Assembly (NCBI GenBank): GCA_964243385.1
Contig: CAXTFU010000001.1
Location: 6,312-56,507, forward strand
Source of the DNA: an uncultured bacterium
GTDB taxonomy: Bacteria > Actinomycetota > Actinomycetes > Mycobacteriales > SCTD01
Length of the DNA: 50,196 nucleotides
Direction of reading: 5' to 3'
Shown here: in pieces, positions 1 through 7,644 of the stretch
How the letters are laid out: each line of letters starts with the position of its first letter
Position numbering within the stretch: position 1 is the first letter of the stretch
The notes under the pieces: generated by a model
What the model was told of the DNA's origin: nothing
The model's database searches: none
The model's input: only the letters and a program-made list of their open reading frames with translations
Translations under genes and position numbers: made by a program

Positions 1-462
1 CTCGGCCCGCGCCTCGGCGACGTCGTGTGGGACGTCGGCGCCGGCAGCGGCTCGGTCGGCGTCGAGTGCGCCCGCTTCGGCGCCGACGTGTGCGCGGTCG
101 AGCGCGACCCCGCCGACGCCGCCCGCGTCGCCGAGAACGCCGCCACGCACGGGGTCGTCGTCCGCGTCGTCGTGGGGGAGGCGCCCGAGGCGCTGGCAGC
201 GCTGCCCGACCCCGACGCCGTGTTCGTCGGCGGCGGCGGCCCGGTGGTCGTCGCGGCGTGCGCCGCCCGCCGTCCGGCCCGCCTGGTCGTCGCGCTGGCC
301 ACCGTCGAGCAGGTCGCGCCGACGCGCGAGGCGCTCGCCGGCTACGACGTCGAGGCGGTGCTGCTGCAGGTCAGCGCGCTCGCCCCGCTCGGGACGGGCT
401 CGCGGCTCGTGCCCGCGAACCCGGTCTTCGTCCTGTCGGGGACGCGAGCGGTGCCGGCGTGA
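1..462 (+). CDS. cobL: Precorrin-6Y C5,15-methyltransferase (decarboxylating), C-terminal CbiT-type domain; 5' end cut by the window edge
   Basis: Frame 1 is open from nt 1. Translation LGPRLGDVVWDVGAGSGSVGVECARFG... carries the SAM-binding DVGAGSGS motif of CbiT/CobL. High GC3. TGA 460-462 overlaps the next GTG (GTGA). Confidence 0.85.
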   Translation, partial: LGPRLGDVVWDVGAGSGSVGVECARFGADVCAVERDPADAARVAENAATHGVVVRVVVGEAPEALAALPDPDAVFVGGGGPVVVAACAARRPARLVVALATVEQVAPTREALAGYDVEAVLLQVSALAPLGTGSRLVPANPVFVLSGTRAVPA

Positions 463-665
463 TCGGCCTGGGTGCGTCCGTCGCAGCAGCTGCCCAGCCG
501 TGCGTCCAGCTCGAGGCCCGGCTGCCACTTCCCCTGCGATCCGGTACGCCTGGAGGCCCCATCGCGTACCAGCACGCAGGGGAAGACGCCGACAGCACGT
601 CCCCAGGTGCGGCGAGCCCGGTCGGCGGGAACCCGTGCCCCTCGACGCTGGCGGTGCCGGCGTGA
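459..665 (+). CDS. Hypothetical 68-aa mini-ORF occupying the junction duplication between cobL and cbiG
   Basis: GTG 459 overlaps the cobL stop (GTGA), and its own TGA 663-665 overlaps the cbiG GTG 662 (GTGA). It starts VIGLG (CbiG starts VIGLV) and ends TLAVPA (CobL ends TRAVPA). 14 of 68 codons end in A/T, a lower GC3 than the neighbouring genes. No recognisable family. Confidence 0.3.
   Translation: MIGLGASVAAAAQPCVQLEARLPLPLRSGTPGGPIAYQHAGEDADSTSPGAASPVGGNPCPSTLAVPA
528..585 (+). other. Nested RNA/DNA stem-loop inside the 179-bp insert
   Basis: 11-bp outer stem cttcccctgcg (528-538) / cgcaggggaag (575-585). 7-bp inner stem ggtacgc (543-549) / gcgtacc (564-570). Confidence 0.5.
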
Positions 666-2314
666 TCGGCCTGGTCACCACGACCGCGGCCGGACGCGCG
701 GCCGCGGCCCGCCTCGCTGCCGCCCTGCCCGAGACGCAGGAGTACGACGTCCGCTCGTTCGAGGACGCGTTCGCCGAGTGCGACGCGCTCGTGTCGTTCC
801 TCGCCGTCGGCGCGACCGTCCGGCTGCTCGCGCCGCTGCTGCGCGGCAAGCGGGTCGACCCCGGGGTCGTCGTCGTCGACGAGGCCTCGCGCTTCGCCGT
901 CGCGCTCGTCGGCGGGCACGGCGGCGGGGCGAACGCGCTCGCCGAGCAGGTGGCCGACGTCCTCGGCGCCACCGCCGTCGTCACCACCGCGACCGACGCG
1001 GTCGGCCTGCCGGGGCTCGACACCCTGGGCTGGCCGGTCGAGGGGGCCGTCGCGGCCGTGAGCCGCGCGATGCTCGACGGCCGGCCCGTGCGGCTCGACG
1101 CCGACGCGACCTGGCCGCTGCCGCCGCTGCCCGTCGGCGCGGACGGCGACCACGTCGTCCGCGTCACCGACCGCGTCGTCGAGCCGGACGGGCGCACGGT
1201 CGTGCTGCGGCCGCCGTCGCTCGTGCTCGGCCTGGGCGCCTCGCGCGGCGTGGGCGCGGACGAGGTGCTCGGGCTGATCGACCGGGCTCTGGCCGGTGCG
1301 GGGCTGTCCGCCGCGTCCGTCGTCGCCGTCGGGACCGCCGACGCCAAGGCCGACGAGGCCGGGCTCGTCGAGGCGTGCGCCCGGCGCGGGTGGCCGCTCA
1401 CGACCTTCCCGTCCGACCGGCTGGCCGAGGTCGACGTGCCGAACCCGAGCGGGCACCCACTCGCGGCGGTCGGCACGCCGAGCGTCGCCGAGGCCGCAGC
1501 GCTGCTGCTCGGCGACGAGCTCGTCGTCGAGAAGGCCAAGAGCGCCGCGGCGACCGTCGCGGTGGCGCGCCGCCGTCCGCGCGGAAGGCTGGCGCTCATC
1601 GGGCTCGGCCCCGGCGCCCGCGACCTGCTGACGCCCCGGGCGGAGGCCGAGCTGCGCCGGGCCGCCGTGTGGGTCGGGCTCGACCAGTACGTCGACCAGG
1701 TGCGCGACCTCGCCCGTCCCGGCACCCGGATGCTCGTCACCGGGCTCGGCGAGGAGGAGGAGCGCGCGCACAGCGCCGTCGCCGAGGCTGCGGCCGGGCA
1801 CGCCGTCGCGCTGCTCGGCTCGGGTGACGCGGGCGTCTACGCCATGGCGAGCCCCGCGCTCGAGGTGGCCGGCGACGACCTCGACGTCGTCGGCGTGCCC
1901 GGTGTGACCGCCGCGCTGGCCGCGAGCAGCCTGCTCGGCGCGCCGCTCGGCCACGACCACGCGAGCATCAGCCTGTCCGACCTGCACACGCCCTGGCCGG
2001 CGATCGAGGCGCGGGTGCGAGCCGTCGCGCAGGGCGACCTCGTCGTCACCTTCTACAACCCGCGCAGCCGCGGGCGCGACTGGCAGCTGCCCCGGGCGGT
2101 CGAGCTGCTGCGCGAGCACCGTCCGGGCTCGACCCCCGTCGGGATCGTCACCGACGCGTCGCGGCCGCGCGAGCACGTCGTCCTCACGACCCTCGCCGAG
2201 CTCGACTGCGCCGCGGTGACGATGCTCGCGTGCGTCGTCGTCGGCTCCTCGCAGAGCACCGTGGTGTCCGCCCGGATGGTCACCCCGCGCGGCTACCGGT
2301 GGTCCGGCGCATGA
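662..2314 (+). CDS. cobJ: Fusion of CbiG (cobalt-precorrin-5A hydrolase) and precorrin-3B C17-methyltransferase (CobJ/CbiH)
   Basis: N-terminal half resembles CbiG (LVLGLGASRGVGADEVLGLIDRAL..., VGTPSVAEAAALL). C-terminal half has the tetrapyrrole methylase motifs LALIGLGPGARDLLTP, GDAGVYAMAS and ISLSDLHTPW. GTG 662 was chosen because it overlaps the preceding stop; the upstream part of ORF 500-2314 is Arg/Pro-rich read-through. Confidence 0.85.
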   Translation: MIGLVTTTAAGRAAAARLAAALPETQEYDVRSFEDAFAECDALVSFLAVGATVRLLAPLLRGKRVDPGVVVVDEASRFAVALVGGHGGGANALAEQVADVLGATAVVTTATDAVGLPGLDTLGWPVEGAVAAVSRAMLDGRPVRLDADATWPLPPLPVGADGDHVVRVTDRVVEPDGRTVVLRPPSLVLGLGASRGVGADEVLGLIDRALAGAGLSAASVVAVGTADAKADEAGLVEACARRGWPLTTFPSDRLAEVDVPNPSGHPLAAVGTPSVAEAAALLLGDELVVEKAKSAAATVAVARRRPRGRLALIGLGPGARDLLTPRAEAELRRAAVWVGLDQYVDQVRDLARPGTRMLVTGLGEEEERAHSAVAEAAAGHAVALLGSGDAGVYAMASPALEVAGDDLDVVGVPGVTAALAASSLLGAPLGHDHASISLSDLHTPWPAIEARVRAVAQGDLVVTFYNPRSRGRDWQLPRAVELLREHRPGSTPVGIVTDASRPREHVVLTTLAELDCAAVTMLACVVVGSSQSTVVSARMVTPRGYRWSGA

Positions 2315-2496
2315 GCAACCGCACGAGGTACGTCGTCACCGCCGACTGCACCGCCTGCGGGGCCTGCCTGCTCACCTGCCCCGAGCACGCGATCGTCGTG
2401 GGCGTCCCGCTGCAGGTGCGCGCCGACCGCTGCACCTCCTGCGGCGAGTGCGTCGAGGTGTGCCCCGCCGACGCCGTCCTCGAGCTGCCCGCGTGA
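2311..2496 (+). CDS. Small 2x[4Fe-4S] ferredoxin embedded in the cob cluster (61 aa)
   Basis: Two CxxCxxCxxxCP motifs (CTACGACLLTCP, CTSCGECVEVCP). ATG 2311 overlaps the cobJ stop (ATGA), and its stop overlaps the cobA GTG (GTGA). Confidence 0.8.
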   Translation: MSNRTRYVVTADCTACGACLLTCPEHAIVVGVPLQVRADRCTSCGECVEVCPADAVLELPA

Positions 2497-3266
2497 GGCC
2501 CGGGACGGTGGCGCTCGTCGGGGCGGGGCCGGGCGACCCGGGCCTGCTGACGCTGCGCGCGGCCGAGCTGCTCGGGGAGGCCGACGTCGTGCTCGTCGAC
2601 CGGCTGGTGCACCCGGACGTGCTGCGGCACTGCCGCGACGACGTCCAGCTCGTCGACGTCGGCAAGACCAGCTGGACGGGGACCGCCCCGCGCCAGGAGG
2701 AGATCAACGCCCAGCTCGTCGAGCACGCGCAGGCGGGGCGCCGCGTCGTGCGGCTCAAGGGCGGCGACCCGTTCGTGTTCGGACGCGGGTCGGAGGAGGC
2801 CGCCGCGCTCGTCGCGCAGGGCATCCGGTTCCAGGTCGTGCCGGGCATCTCGTCCGCGCTGGCCGCGCCCGCGTACGCCGGCATCCCGGTCACCGCCCGC
2901 GGCTCGACGCAGGACGTCTGCATCGTCACCGGCCACCTCGACCCCGAGGACCCGGCCAGCCGGGTGCGGTGGCAGGCGCTCGCCACCGGCCCGGGCACGC
3001 TCGTCGTGCTCATGGGGCACGACCGGCTGCCGCTGCTGACGCGCTCGCTGATCCGCTGGGGGCGCGCGCCGTCGACGCCCGCGGCCTGCATCCAGGACGG
3101 CACCCACGCCGGCCAGCGCGTCGTCGTCAGCACGCTCGAGCACCTCGCCGACGACGTCGCCGCGGCCGGGCTGCGCGCGCCGGTCGCCACGGTGATCGGC
3201 GACGTCGTCCGCCTGCGGGAGACGCTGCAGTGGTTCGACCCCCAGGAAGCCGAGGACGACGCATGA
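2493..3266 (+). CDS. cobA: Uroporphyrinogen-III C-methyltransferase (SUMT)
   Basis: VALVGAGPGDPGLLTLRA, RLKGGDPFVFGRG and VVPGISS motifs. GTG 2493 overlaps the upstream stop. Confidence 0.9.
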   Translation: MRPGTVALVGAGPGDPGLLTLRAAELLGEADVVLVDRLVHPDVLRHCRDDVQLVDVGKTSWTGTAPRQEEINAQLVEHAQAGRRVVRLKGGDPFVFGRGSEEAAALVAQGIRFQVVPGISSALAAPAYAGIPVTARGSTQDVCIVTGHLDPEDPASRVRWQALATGPGTLVVLMGHDRLPLLTRSLIRWGRAPSTPAACIQDGTHAGQRVVVSTLEHLADDVAAAGLRAPVATVIGDVVRLRETLQWFDPQEAEDDA

Positions 3267-3850
3267 CCGCAGCTGCACCGCGCCCCCGGGTGCACGCCAT
3301 CGAGCAGGAGTCGTACGCGATCCTGCGCCGCCGGGTCGACCTGTCGCACCTGCCGCCGCGATCGCGCGCGGTCGTCGAGCGGGTCGTGCACGCCAGCGCC
3401 GACCTGTCCTACGTCGACGACCTCGTGCTGGACGAGGACGCCCTGCGCCGCGGGACGGACGCGCTGCGCGCCGGCGCCCCCGTCGTCGCGGACGTGCAGA
3501 TGGTCGCCGCGGGCATCACCCGCCGCACGGCCGTGTGCCGGCTCGCCGACGCCCGGGCGGACGGCGCGCTGACCCGCAGCGCCGCCGCCGTCCGGCTGGC
3601 GCTGGCCGAGGTCGGTCCCGGCGCCGTCTGGGTCGTCGGCTGCGCGCCGACCGCGCTGTTCGAGCTGCTCGCCCTGGACGCGCAGCCGGCGCTCGTCGTC
3701 GGGCTGCCCGTCGGCTTCGTCGGCGCGGCGGAGTCCAAGCAGGCGCTGCGCGACAGCGGCCTGCCCGCCGTCTCGAACACCAGCGAGAAGGGCGGCTCCG
3801 CCGTCGCCTCCGCCGCCCTGAACGCCCTGCTCTACGAGGAGACCCCGTGA
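3263..3850 (+). CDS. cobH: Precorrin-8X methylmutase (CobH/CbiC)
   Basis: IEQESYAILRRRVDLSHL, VHASADLSYV, VVGCAPTALFELL and GFVGAAESK resemble CobH/CbiC. ATG 3263 overlaps the cobA stop (ATGA). Confidence 0.9.
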   Translation: MTAAAPRPRVHAIEQESYAILRRRVDLSHLPPRSRAVVERVVHASADLSYVDDLVLDEDALRRGTDALRAGAPVVADVQMVAAGITRRTAVCRLADARADGALTRSAAAVRLALAEVGPGAVWVVGCAPTALFELLALDAQPALVVGLPVGFVGAAESKQALRDSGLPAVSNTSEKGGSAVASAALNALLYEETP

Positions 3851-4815
3851 CCCGAGTCGCCGCCCGTCCCGCACTGCTCGTCGTCGGGCACGGCACCAAG
3901 AGCGAGCAGGGGTGCGCGGAGTTCGCCGAGCTCGTCGAGCGGACGCAGCTGCGCGCCCCGTGGGCCGACGTCGCCGGCGGCTTCCTCGAGCTGGCGCCGC
4001 CGCCGATCCAGGACGCCGTGCGCCGCATGGTGGAGGCCGGCCACCGGACGATCGACGTCGTCCCGCTGGTGCTCGTCGCGGCGGGTCACAGCAAGGGCGA
4101 CATCCCGGCGGCGCTCGAGCGCGAGAAGGCGCGCCACCGGGGGCTGTCGTTCCGGTACGGGCGGCCGCTGGGCAGCCACCCCGACCTGCTCGCCGTCGCC
4201 GAGCAGCACCTCGAGCAGGTCGTCCCGCGCGCCGACTGGCCGGACACCGCCGTGGTGCTCGTGGGCCGCGGCGCCACCGACCCCGACGCCAACGCCGAGA
4301 TCGCCAAGACCGCACGGCTGCTCCAGGAGGGCCGCGAGCTCGGCACCGTCGAGACGGCGTTCATCTCGCTGGCGCAGCCGTCCGTCCCGGCCGGGCTGGA
4401 CCGCGCGCTGCGGCTCGGGTTCCGCCGCGTCGTCGTGCTGCCGTGGTTCCTGTTCGCCGGGGTGCTGCCCGACCGGATCGTCGCGCAGTCGCAGGCCTGG
4501 GCGGCCGGGCACCCGGACGTCGAGGTGCACGTCGCGGGCCTGCTCGGCCCGACCGACGCGCTCGCCGGCGTGGTGCTCGAGCGGTGGGCCGAGATCGACG
4601 GCGGCGACCTGCGGATGAACTGCGACACCTGCGCCTACCGCGTCGCACTGCCCGGGTTCGAGGACAAGGTCGGCGCCCCGCAGACCCCGCACGACCACCC
4701 GGACGACCCGACCCACGGCCACGGGCACGGGCATGGGCACGGCCACGGACCTGGGCACGGCCACGGGCACGACCAGCACGGGCACGAGCACGCCCCCGAC
4801 CCGGTCGCCGGCTGA
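3847..4815 (+). CDS. cbiX: Sirohydrochlorin cobaltochelatase, long two-domain CbiX with a His-rich C-terminal tail
   Basis: Duplicated CbiX half-domains (LLVVGHGTKSEQG; VVLVGRGATDPDANAE), a CDTCAYR motif and the tail HDHPDDPTHGHGHGHGHGHGPGHGHGHDQHGHEH (4690-4791). GTG 3847 overlaps the cobH stop. Confidence 0.85.
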   Translation: MTRVAARPALLVVGHGTKSEQGCAEFAELVERTQLRAPWADVAGGFLELAPPPIQDAVRRMVEAGHRTIDVVPLVLVAAGHSKGDIPAALEREKARHRGLSFRYGRPLGSHPDLLAVAEQHLEQVVPRADWPDTAVVLVGRGATDPDANAEIAKTARLLQEGRELGTVETAFISLAQPSVPAGLDRALRLGFRRVVVLPWFLFAGVLPDRIVAQSQAWAAGHPDVEVHVAGLLGPTDALAGVVLERWAEIDGGDLRMNCDTCAYRVALPGFEDKVGAPQTPHDHPDDPTHGHGHGHGHGHGPGHGHGHDQHGHEHAPDPVAG

Positions 4816-4816
4816 G

Positions 4817-5887
4817 GTGCCGCCCGAGCCCGCGACCCCGGACGACGCCCACGACCTGCGCCACCACGGCGACGCCGAGCTCGACCCCGGGCTGCTCGAC
4901 CTGGCCGTCAACGTCCGCGGGACGGCCCCGCCGGCCTGGCTCCGCGGACGCCTGGTGCGCGGGCTCGACCAGCTCGGCGCCTACCCCGAACAGCGGGCCG
5001 GCGTCGCCGCGGTCGTCCGGCGGCACGAGCGGCCCGAGGCCGAGGTGCTGCTGACCGCCGGCGCCGCGGAGGCCTTCGTCCTGCTGGCGCGGGTGCTGCA
5101 GCCGCGGCACGCGGTGGTCGTGCACCCCGGGTTCACCGAGCCGGAGGCCGCCCTGCGCGCGGCCGGCCACCAGGTGCACCGGCTCGTGCTCGAGCCGCCG
5201 TACGTGCTCGACCCGGCGCAGGTGCCGGACGAGGCCGACCTCGTCGTCGTCGGCAACCCCACGAACCCGACCGGGATGGTGCACCACCGGCTCGCCGAGC
5301 TGTGCCGCCCCGGCCGCACGGTGGTGGTCGACGAGGCCTTCGCCGACGCCGTGCCGGGCGAGCCGCAGTCGCTGGCCGGACGCGGCGACCTGCCGGGGCT
5401 GGTCGTCGTCCGCAGCCTCACCAAGACCTGGGCGCTCGCCGGGCTGCGGGTCGGCTACCTGCTCGCGCCGGCCGGGCTCGTCGACCGGCTGCGCGACGCC
5501 CAGCCGCTGTGGCCGGTGTCGACGCTCGCGCTGGTCGCCCTCGACACCTGCCTGGCGCGCGGGCCGGTGGCGAGCGCCCGCCGCGACGCCGTCGCCCTGG
5601 CCGAGCAGCGCCGACAGCTCCAGCAGGCCCTGACGGACGTCGGCGTCGAGGTCAGCCCGGGCTCGCAGGCGCCCTACCTGCTGTGCCGCGTCCCCGGACG
5701 CCCCGACGTCCGCGACGGCCTGCGCGCGCGGGGGATCGCCGTGCGCCGTGGCGACACGTTCCCCGGCCTGACGCCGGAGCACTGGCGCACCGCCGTGCGG
5801 GGGGACGACGAGACCGCGCGCCTGGTGGCCGCGGTCCGCGACGTGCTCACGAGCGAGGACGGTCCAGGAGCCTCGACAGCACGATGA
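4817..5887 (+). CDS. cobC: Class I/II aminotransferase-fold threonine-phosphate decarboxylase (CobC/CobD type)
   Basis: LLTAGAAEAFVLLARV, VVVGNPTNPTGMV and VVVRSLTKTWALAGLRVGY (PLP lysine context). GTG 4817 lies 2 nt after the cbiX stop; the start choice is uncertain. Confidence 0.75.
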   Translation: MPPEPATPDDAHDLRHHGDAELDPGLLDLAVNVRGTAPPAWLRGRLVRGLDQLGAYPEQRAGVAAVVRRHERPEAEVLLTAGAAEAFVLLARVLQPRHAVVVHPGFTEPEAALRAAGHQVHRLVLEPPYVLDPAQVPDEADLVVVGNPTNPTGMVHHRLAELCRPGRTVVVDEAFADAVPGEPQSLAGRGDLPGLVVVRSLTKTWALAGLRVGYLLAPAGLVDRLRDAQPLWPVSTLALVALDTCLARGPVASARRDAVALAEQRRQLQQALTDVGVEVSPGSQAPYLLCRVPGRPDVRDGLRARGIAVRRGDTFPGLTPEHWRTAVRGDDETARLVAAVRDVLTSEDGPGASTAR

Positions 5888-6284
5888 CGCTGCGGGTGTG
5901 GTCGACGTTGCGCTCGTCGCGCACCCGCTCGAGGGCCTGCTCGAGCTGGCCGACGTCGGCCGCCAGCATGTGCACGAGCGCGTCCGCGGACCCCGACACG
6001 GTGCAGGCGCTGACGACCTCGGGCACCCTCTCGAGGCTCCGTCGCAGGTCCTGCGGCGAGACCGTCCCCTTGCAGTGCAGCTCGACGTACGCCTCGGTCG
6101 TCCAGCCGAGCACGGCGGGGTCGACGACCGCGGTGAAGCCGCGGATGGCGCCCGAGGCGAGCAGCCGGTCGACCCGCCGCTTGACCGCCGGGGCCGACAG
6201 GCCCACCTGCGCGCCGATCTCGGCGTAGGTCGACCGCGCGTCGCGCAGCAGGCAGCCCACGACGCCCCGGTCCAGCTCGTCCAC
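5847..6284 (-). CDS. lrp: Lrp/AsnC-family transcriptional regulator (145 aa)
   Basis: VDELDRGVVGCLLRDARSTYAEIGAQVGLSAPAVKRRVDRLLASGAIRGFTAVVDP... contains the HTH plus an RAM/AsnC_trans_reg domain. The GTG is preceded by GGAGGAG. The 3' end overlaps the cobC 3' end by 41 nt (convergent). Confidence 0.85.
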   Translation of the reverse strand: MDELDRGVVGCLLRDARSTYAEIGAQVGLSAPAVKRRVDRLLASGAIRGFTAVVDPAVLGWTTEAYVELHCKGTVSPQDLRRSLERVPEVVSACTVSGSADALVHMLAADVGQLEQALERVRDERNVDHTRSVIVLSRLLDRPRS

Positions 6285-6440
6285 GTCGGTCTCCTCCCGC
6301 GCAACGGATCGCCGCCATCGTGCCAGAGCGCGCAGCGGATCGCCGTCAGCGGCGAAGAGAACGACACCACCGGCTGCCGATCCGGTCCGTAGCGTCGACA
6401 GGACGCGCCGGCGCCCCGGCCCACCTGAGCTGGAGCGTCC

Positions 6441-7295
6441 TTGAGCGTCCTGACCGCCCCCGAGACCGCGTCGCCCGAGCGCGTCGCCACCCGCCGGCAC
6501 TACCTCATGTGCCCGCCCGAGCACTTCGCGGTGAGCTACGCGATCAACCCGTGGATGGACGTCACCGTCCCGGTCGACCGCGACCTCGCGATGCGGCAGT
6601 GGTCGGCCCTGCGCGCCACCTACGAGCGGCTCGGCCACCGCGTCGACGTCATCGAGGCCGCACCCGGCCTGCCGGACATGGTCTTCGCGGCGAACGGCGG
6701 CCTGGTCGTCGGCGGACGGGCGCTCGGTGCGCGCTTCACCCATCCCGAGCGGCAGGACGAGGGCCCGGCCTACCTGCGCTGGTTCGCGGGCGCCGTCGCG
6801 GCGGGCGACCTCGTCGAGGCGGTCGAGCCCCGGGCGACCAACGAGGGGGAGGGCGACTTCCTGGTCGTCGGCGACCTCGTGCTGGCGGGCCACGGGTTCC
6901 GCACCGACCCCGGGGCGCACGGCGAGGTGCAGGAGCTGTTCGGCCGGCCGGTCGTCGGGCTGCACCTCGTCGACCCGCACTACTACCACCTGGACACCGC
7001 GCTGGCGGTGCTCGACGACCGCTCGGTCGCCTACTACCCGGGGGCGTTCAGCCCGGGCAGCCTGGCGGTGCTCCGGCGGCTGTTCCCGGACGCCGTGCTC
7101 GCGAACGCCGAGGACGCCGCCGTGCTCGGCCTCAACGCCGTGTCGGACGGCCGGCACGTCGTCCTGCCCACGGCGGCGCGGCGGCTCGCCGACCAGCTGC
7201 GCGAGCGCGGCTACGAGCCGGTGGGGGTCGACCTGTCCGAGCTGCTGCGGGCCGGTGGCGGCGTCAAGTGCTGCACCCTCGAGCTGCGCTCCTGA
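6441..7295 (+). CDS. ddaH: Amidinotransferase-superfamily enzyme, dimethylarginine dimethylaminohydrolase-like
   Basis: YLMCPPEHFAVSYAINPWM, PDMVFAANGG, HLDTALAVL and the C-terminal GGGVKCCTLEL (catalytic Cys context of the guanidino-modifying superfamily). TTG start. Divergent from the Lrp gene. Confidence 0.8.
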   Translation: MSVLTAPETASPERVATRRHYLMCPPEHFAVSYAINPWMDVTVPVDRDLAMRQWSALRATYERLGHRVDVIEAAPGLPDMVFAANGGLVVGGRALGARFTHPERQDEGPAYLRWFAGAVAAGDLVEAVEPRATNEGEGDFLVVGDLVLAGHGFRTDPGAHGEVQELFGRPVVGLHLVDPHYYHLDTALAVLDDRSVAYYPGAFSPGSLAVLRRLFPDAVLANAEDAAVLGLNAVSDGRHVVLPTAARRLADQLRERGYEPVGVDLSELLRAGGGVKCCTLELRS

Positions 7296-7379
7296 CGGGA
7301 CGGCGTCCGCGCGCCCGGCGGGCAGGCGCTCCGCGTCCTGGACGGGGCCGCCGACCTCCGGCCGGCACGGTCAGGGGCG

Positions 7380-7586
7380 TCAGACCAGGCGGACCTTCTC
7401 GTCGCCGACCGCGACGACGTCGCCCTTCTTGAGCTGCCGGCCGCGCCGCTGCTCCAGGCGCCCGCCCACGGTCACGACGCCCTGCTCGAGCAGCGGGCGG
7501 ACGTCGGAGCCCGCGTCGACCAGCCCGGCGAGCTTGAGCAGCTGGCCGAGCCGGATGCCGTCGTCCCGCACCTCGATGTCCCGCAC
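7380..7586 (-). CDS. Small RNA-binding S4-domain protein (68 aa)
   Basis: VRDIEVRDDGIRLGQLLKLAGLVDAGSDVRPLLEQGVVTVGGRLEQRRGRQLKKGDVVAVGDEKVRLV matches YbcJ-like S4 proteins. The rest of ORF 7380-8294 is antisense to the transporter. Confidence 0.75.
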   Translation of the reverse strand: MRDIEVRDDGIRLGQLLKLAGLVDAGSDVRPLLEQGVVTVGGRLEQRRGRQLKKGDVVAVGDEKVRLV

Positions 7587-7644
7587 GCCGCCATGCTGCC
7601 GGACGCGCGCCCGCGCACGGACACGGGCCCAGCCGACGGGGACG

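Larger units (their letters stand above)
448..674. repeat. Pair of perfect 24-bp direct repeats (448-471 and 651-674, GCGGTGCCGGCGTGATCGGCCTGG) bracketing a 179-bp insert; duplication of the cobL-stop/cbiG-start junction
   Basis: Read directly from the sequence; spacing is 203 bp. Similarity extends to 441/644 with 2 mismatches (gacgcgag / gacgctgg). Confidence 0.95.

Noticed and set aside
472-650. Cobalamin riboswitch inside the cobL-cbiG insert. GCCACTT ... GGGGAAGACGCC and GAGCCCGG...ACCCGTGCC vaguely recall the GCCACTG/GGGAAGGC and B12-box elements.
   Set aside because: The conserved 5' core (GGGAA..GGTG..AA..CC...CCCGC.ACTG), which is clearly present in the 7645-7765 element, is missing here, and the B12-box-like segment is interrupted. 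At best it is a degenerate fragment and would need a covariance-model search to revive.
3225-3245. tRNA-like T-arm motif (gtggttcgaccccc).
   Set aside because: It lies inside the cobA coding frame, with no acceptor or anticodon stems around it. No tRNA or rRNA genes were recognised anywhere in the arm.
4733-4816. ATG 4733 as the cobC start (384-aa version).
   Set aside because: It lies inside the His-tail coding repeat of cbiX in another frame, and the extra residues (MGTATDLGTATGTTSTGTST...) are a by-product of that repeat. GTG 4817, just after the cbiX stop, fits the coupled operon layout. This remains uncertain.
371-6490. Long ORFs antisense or out of frame to the cob genes (371-2176-, 472-1827+, 2372-4315-, 2280-3278-, 3832-4911-, 4361-6490- and others; 300-700 aa).
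   Set aside because: Their translations are Arg/Pro/Ala/Gly-rich low-complexity strings with no family resemblance. They overlap well-supported genes whose frames carry the high GC3 and the conserved motifs. This is the typical open-frame artefact of very GC-rich DNA.
7296-7379. Bidirectional intrinsic terminator between the convergent DDAH-like and S4 genes.
   Set aside because: Only short (about 5-bp) GC stems could be found by eye, and the apparent longer repeats are direct rather than inverted. This is not enough to call a terminator.
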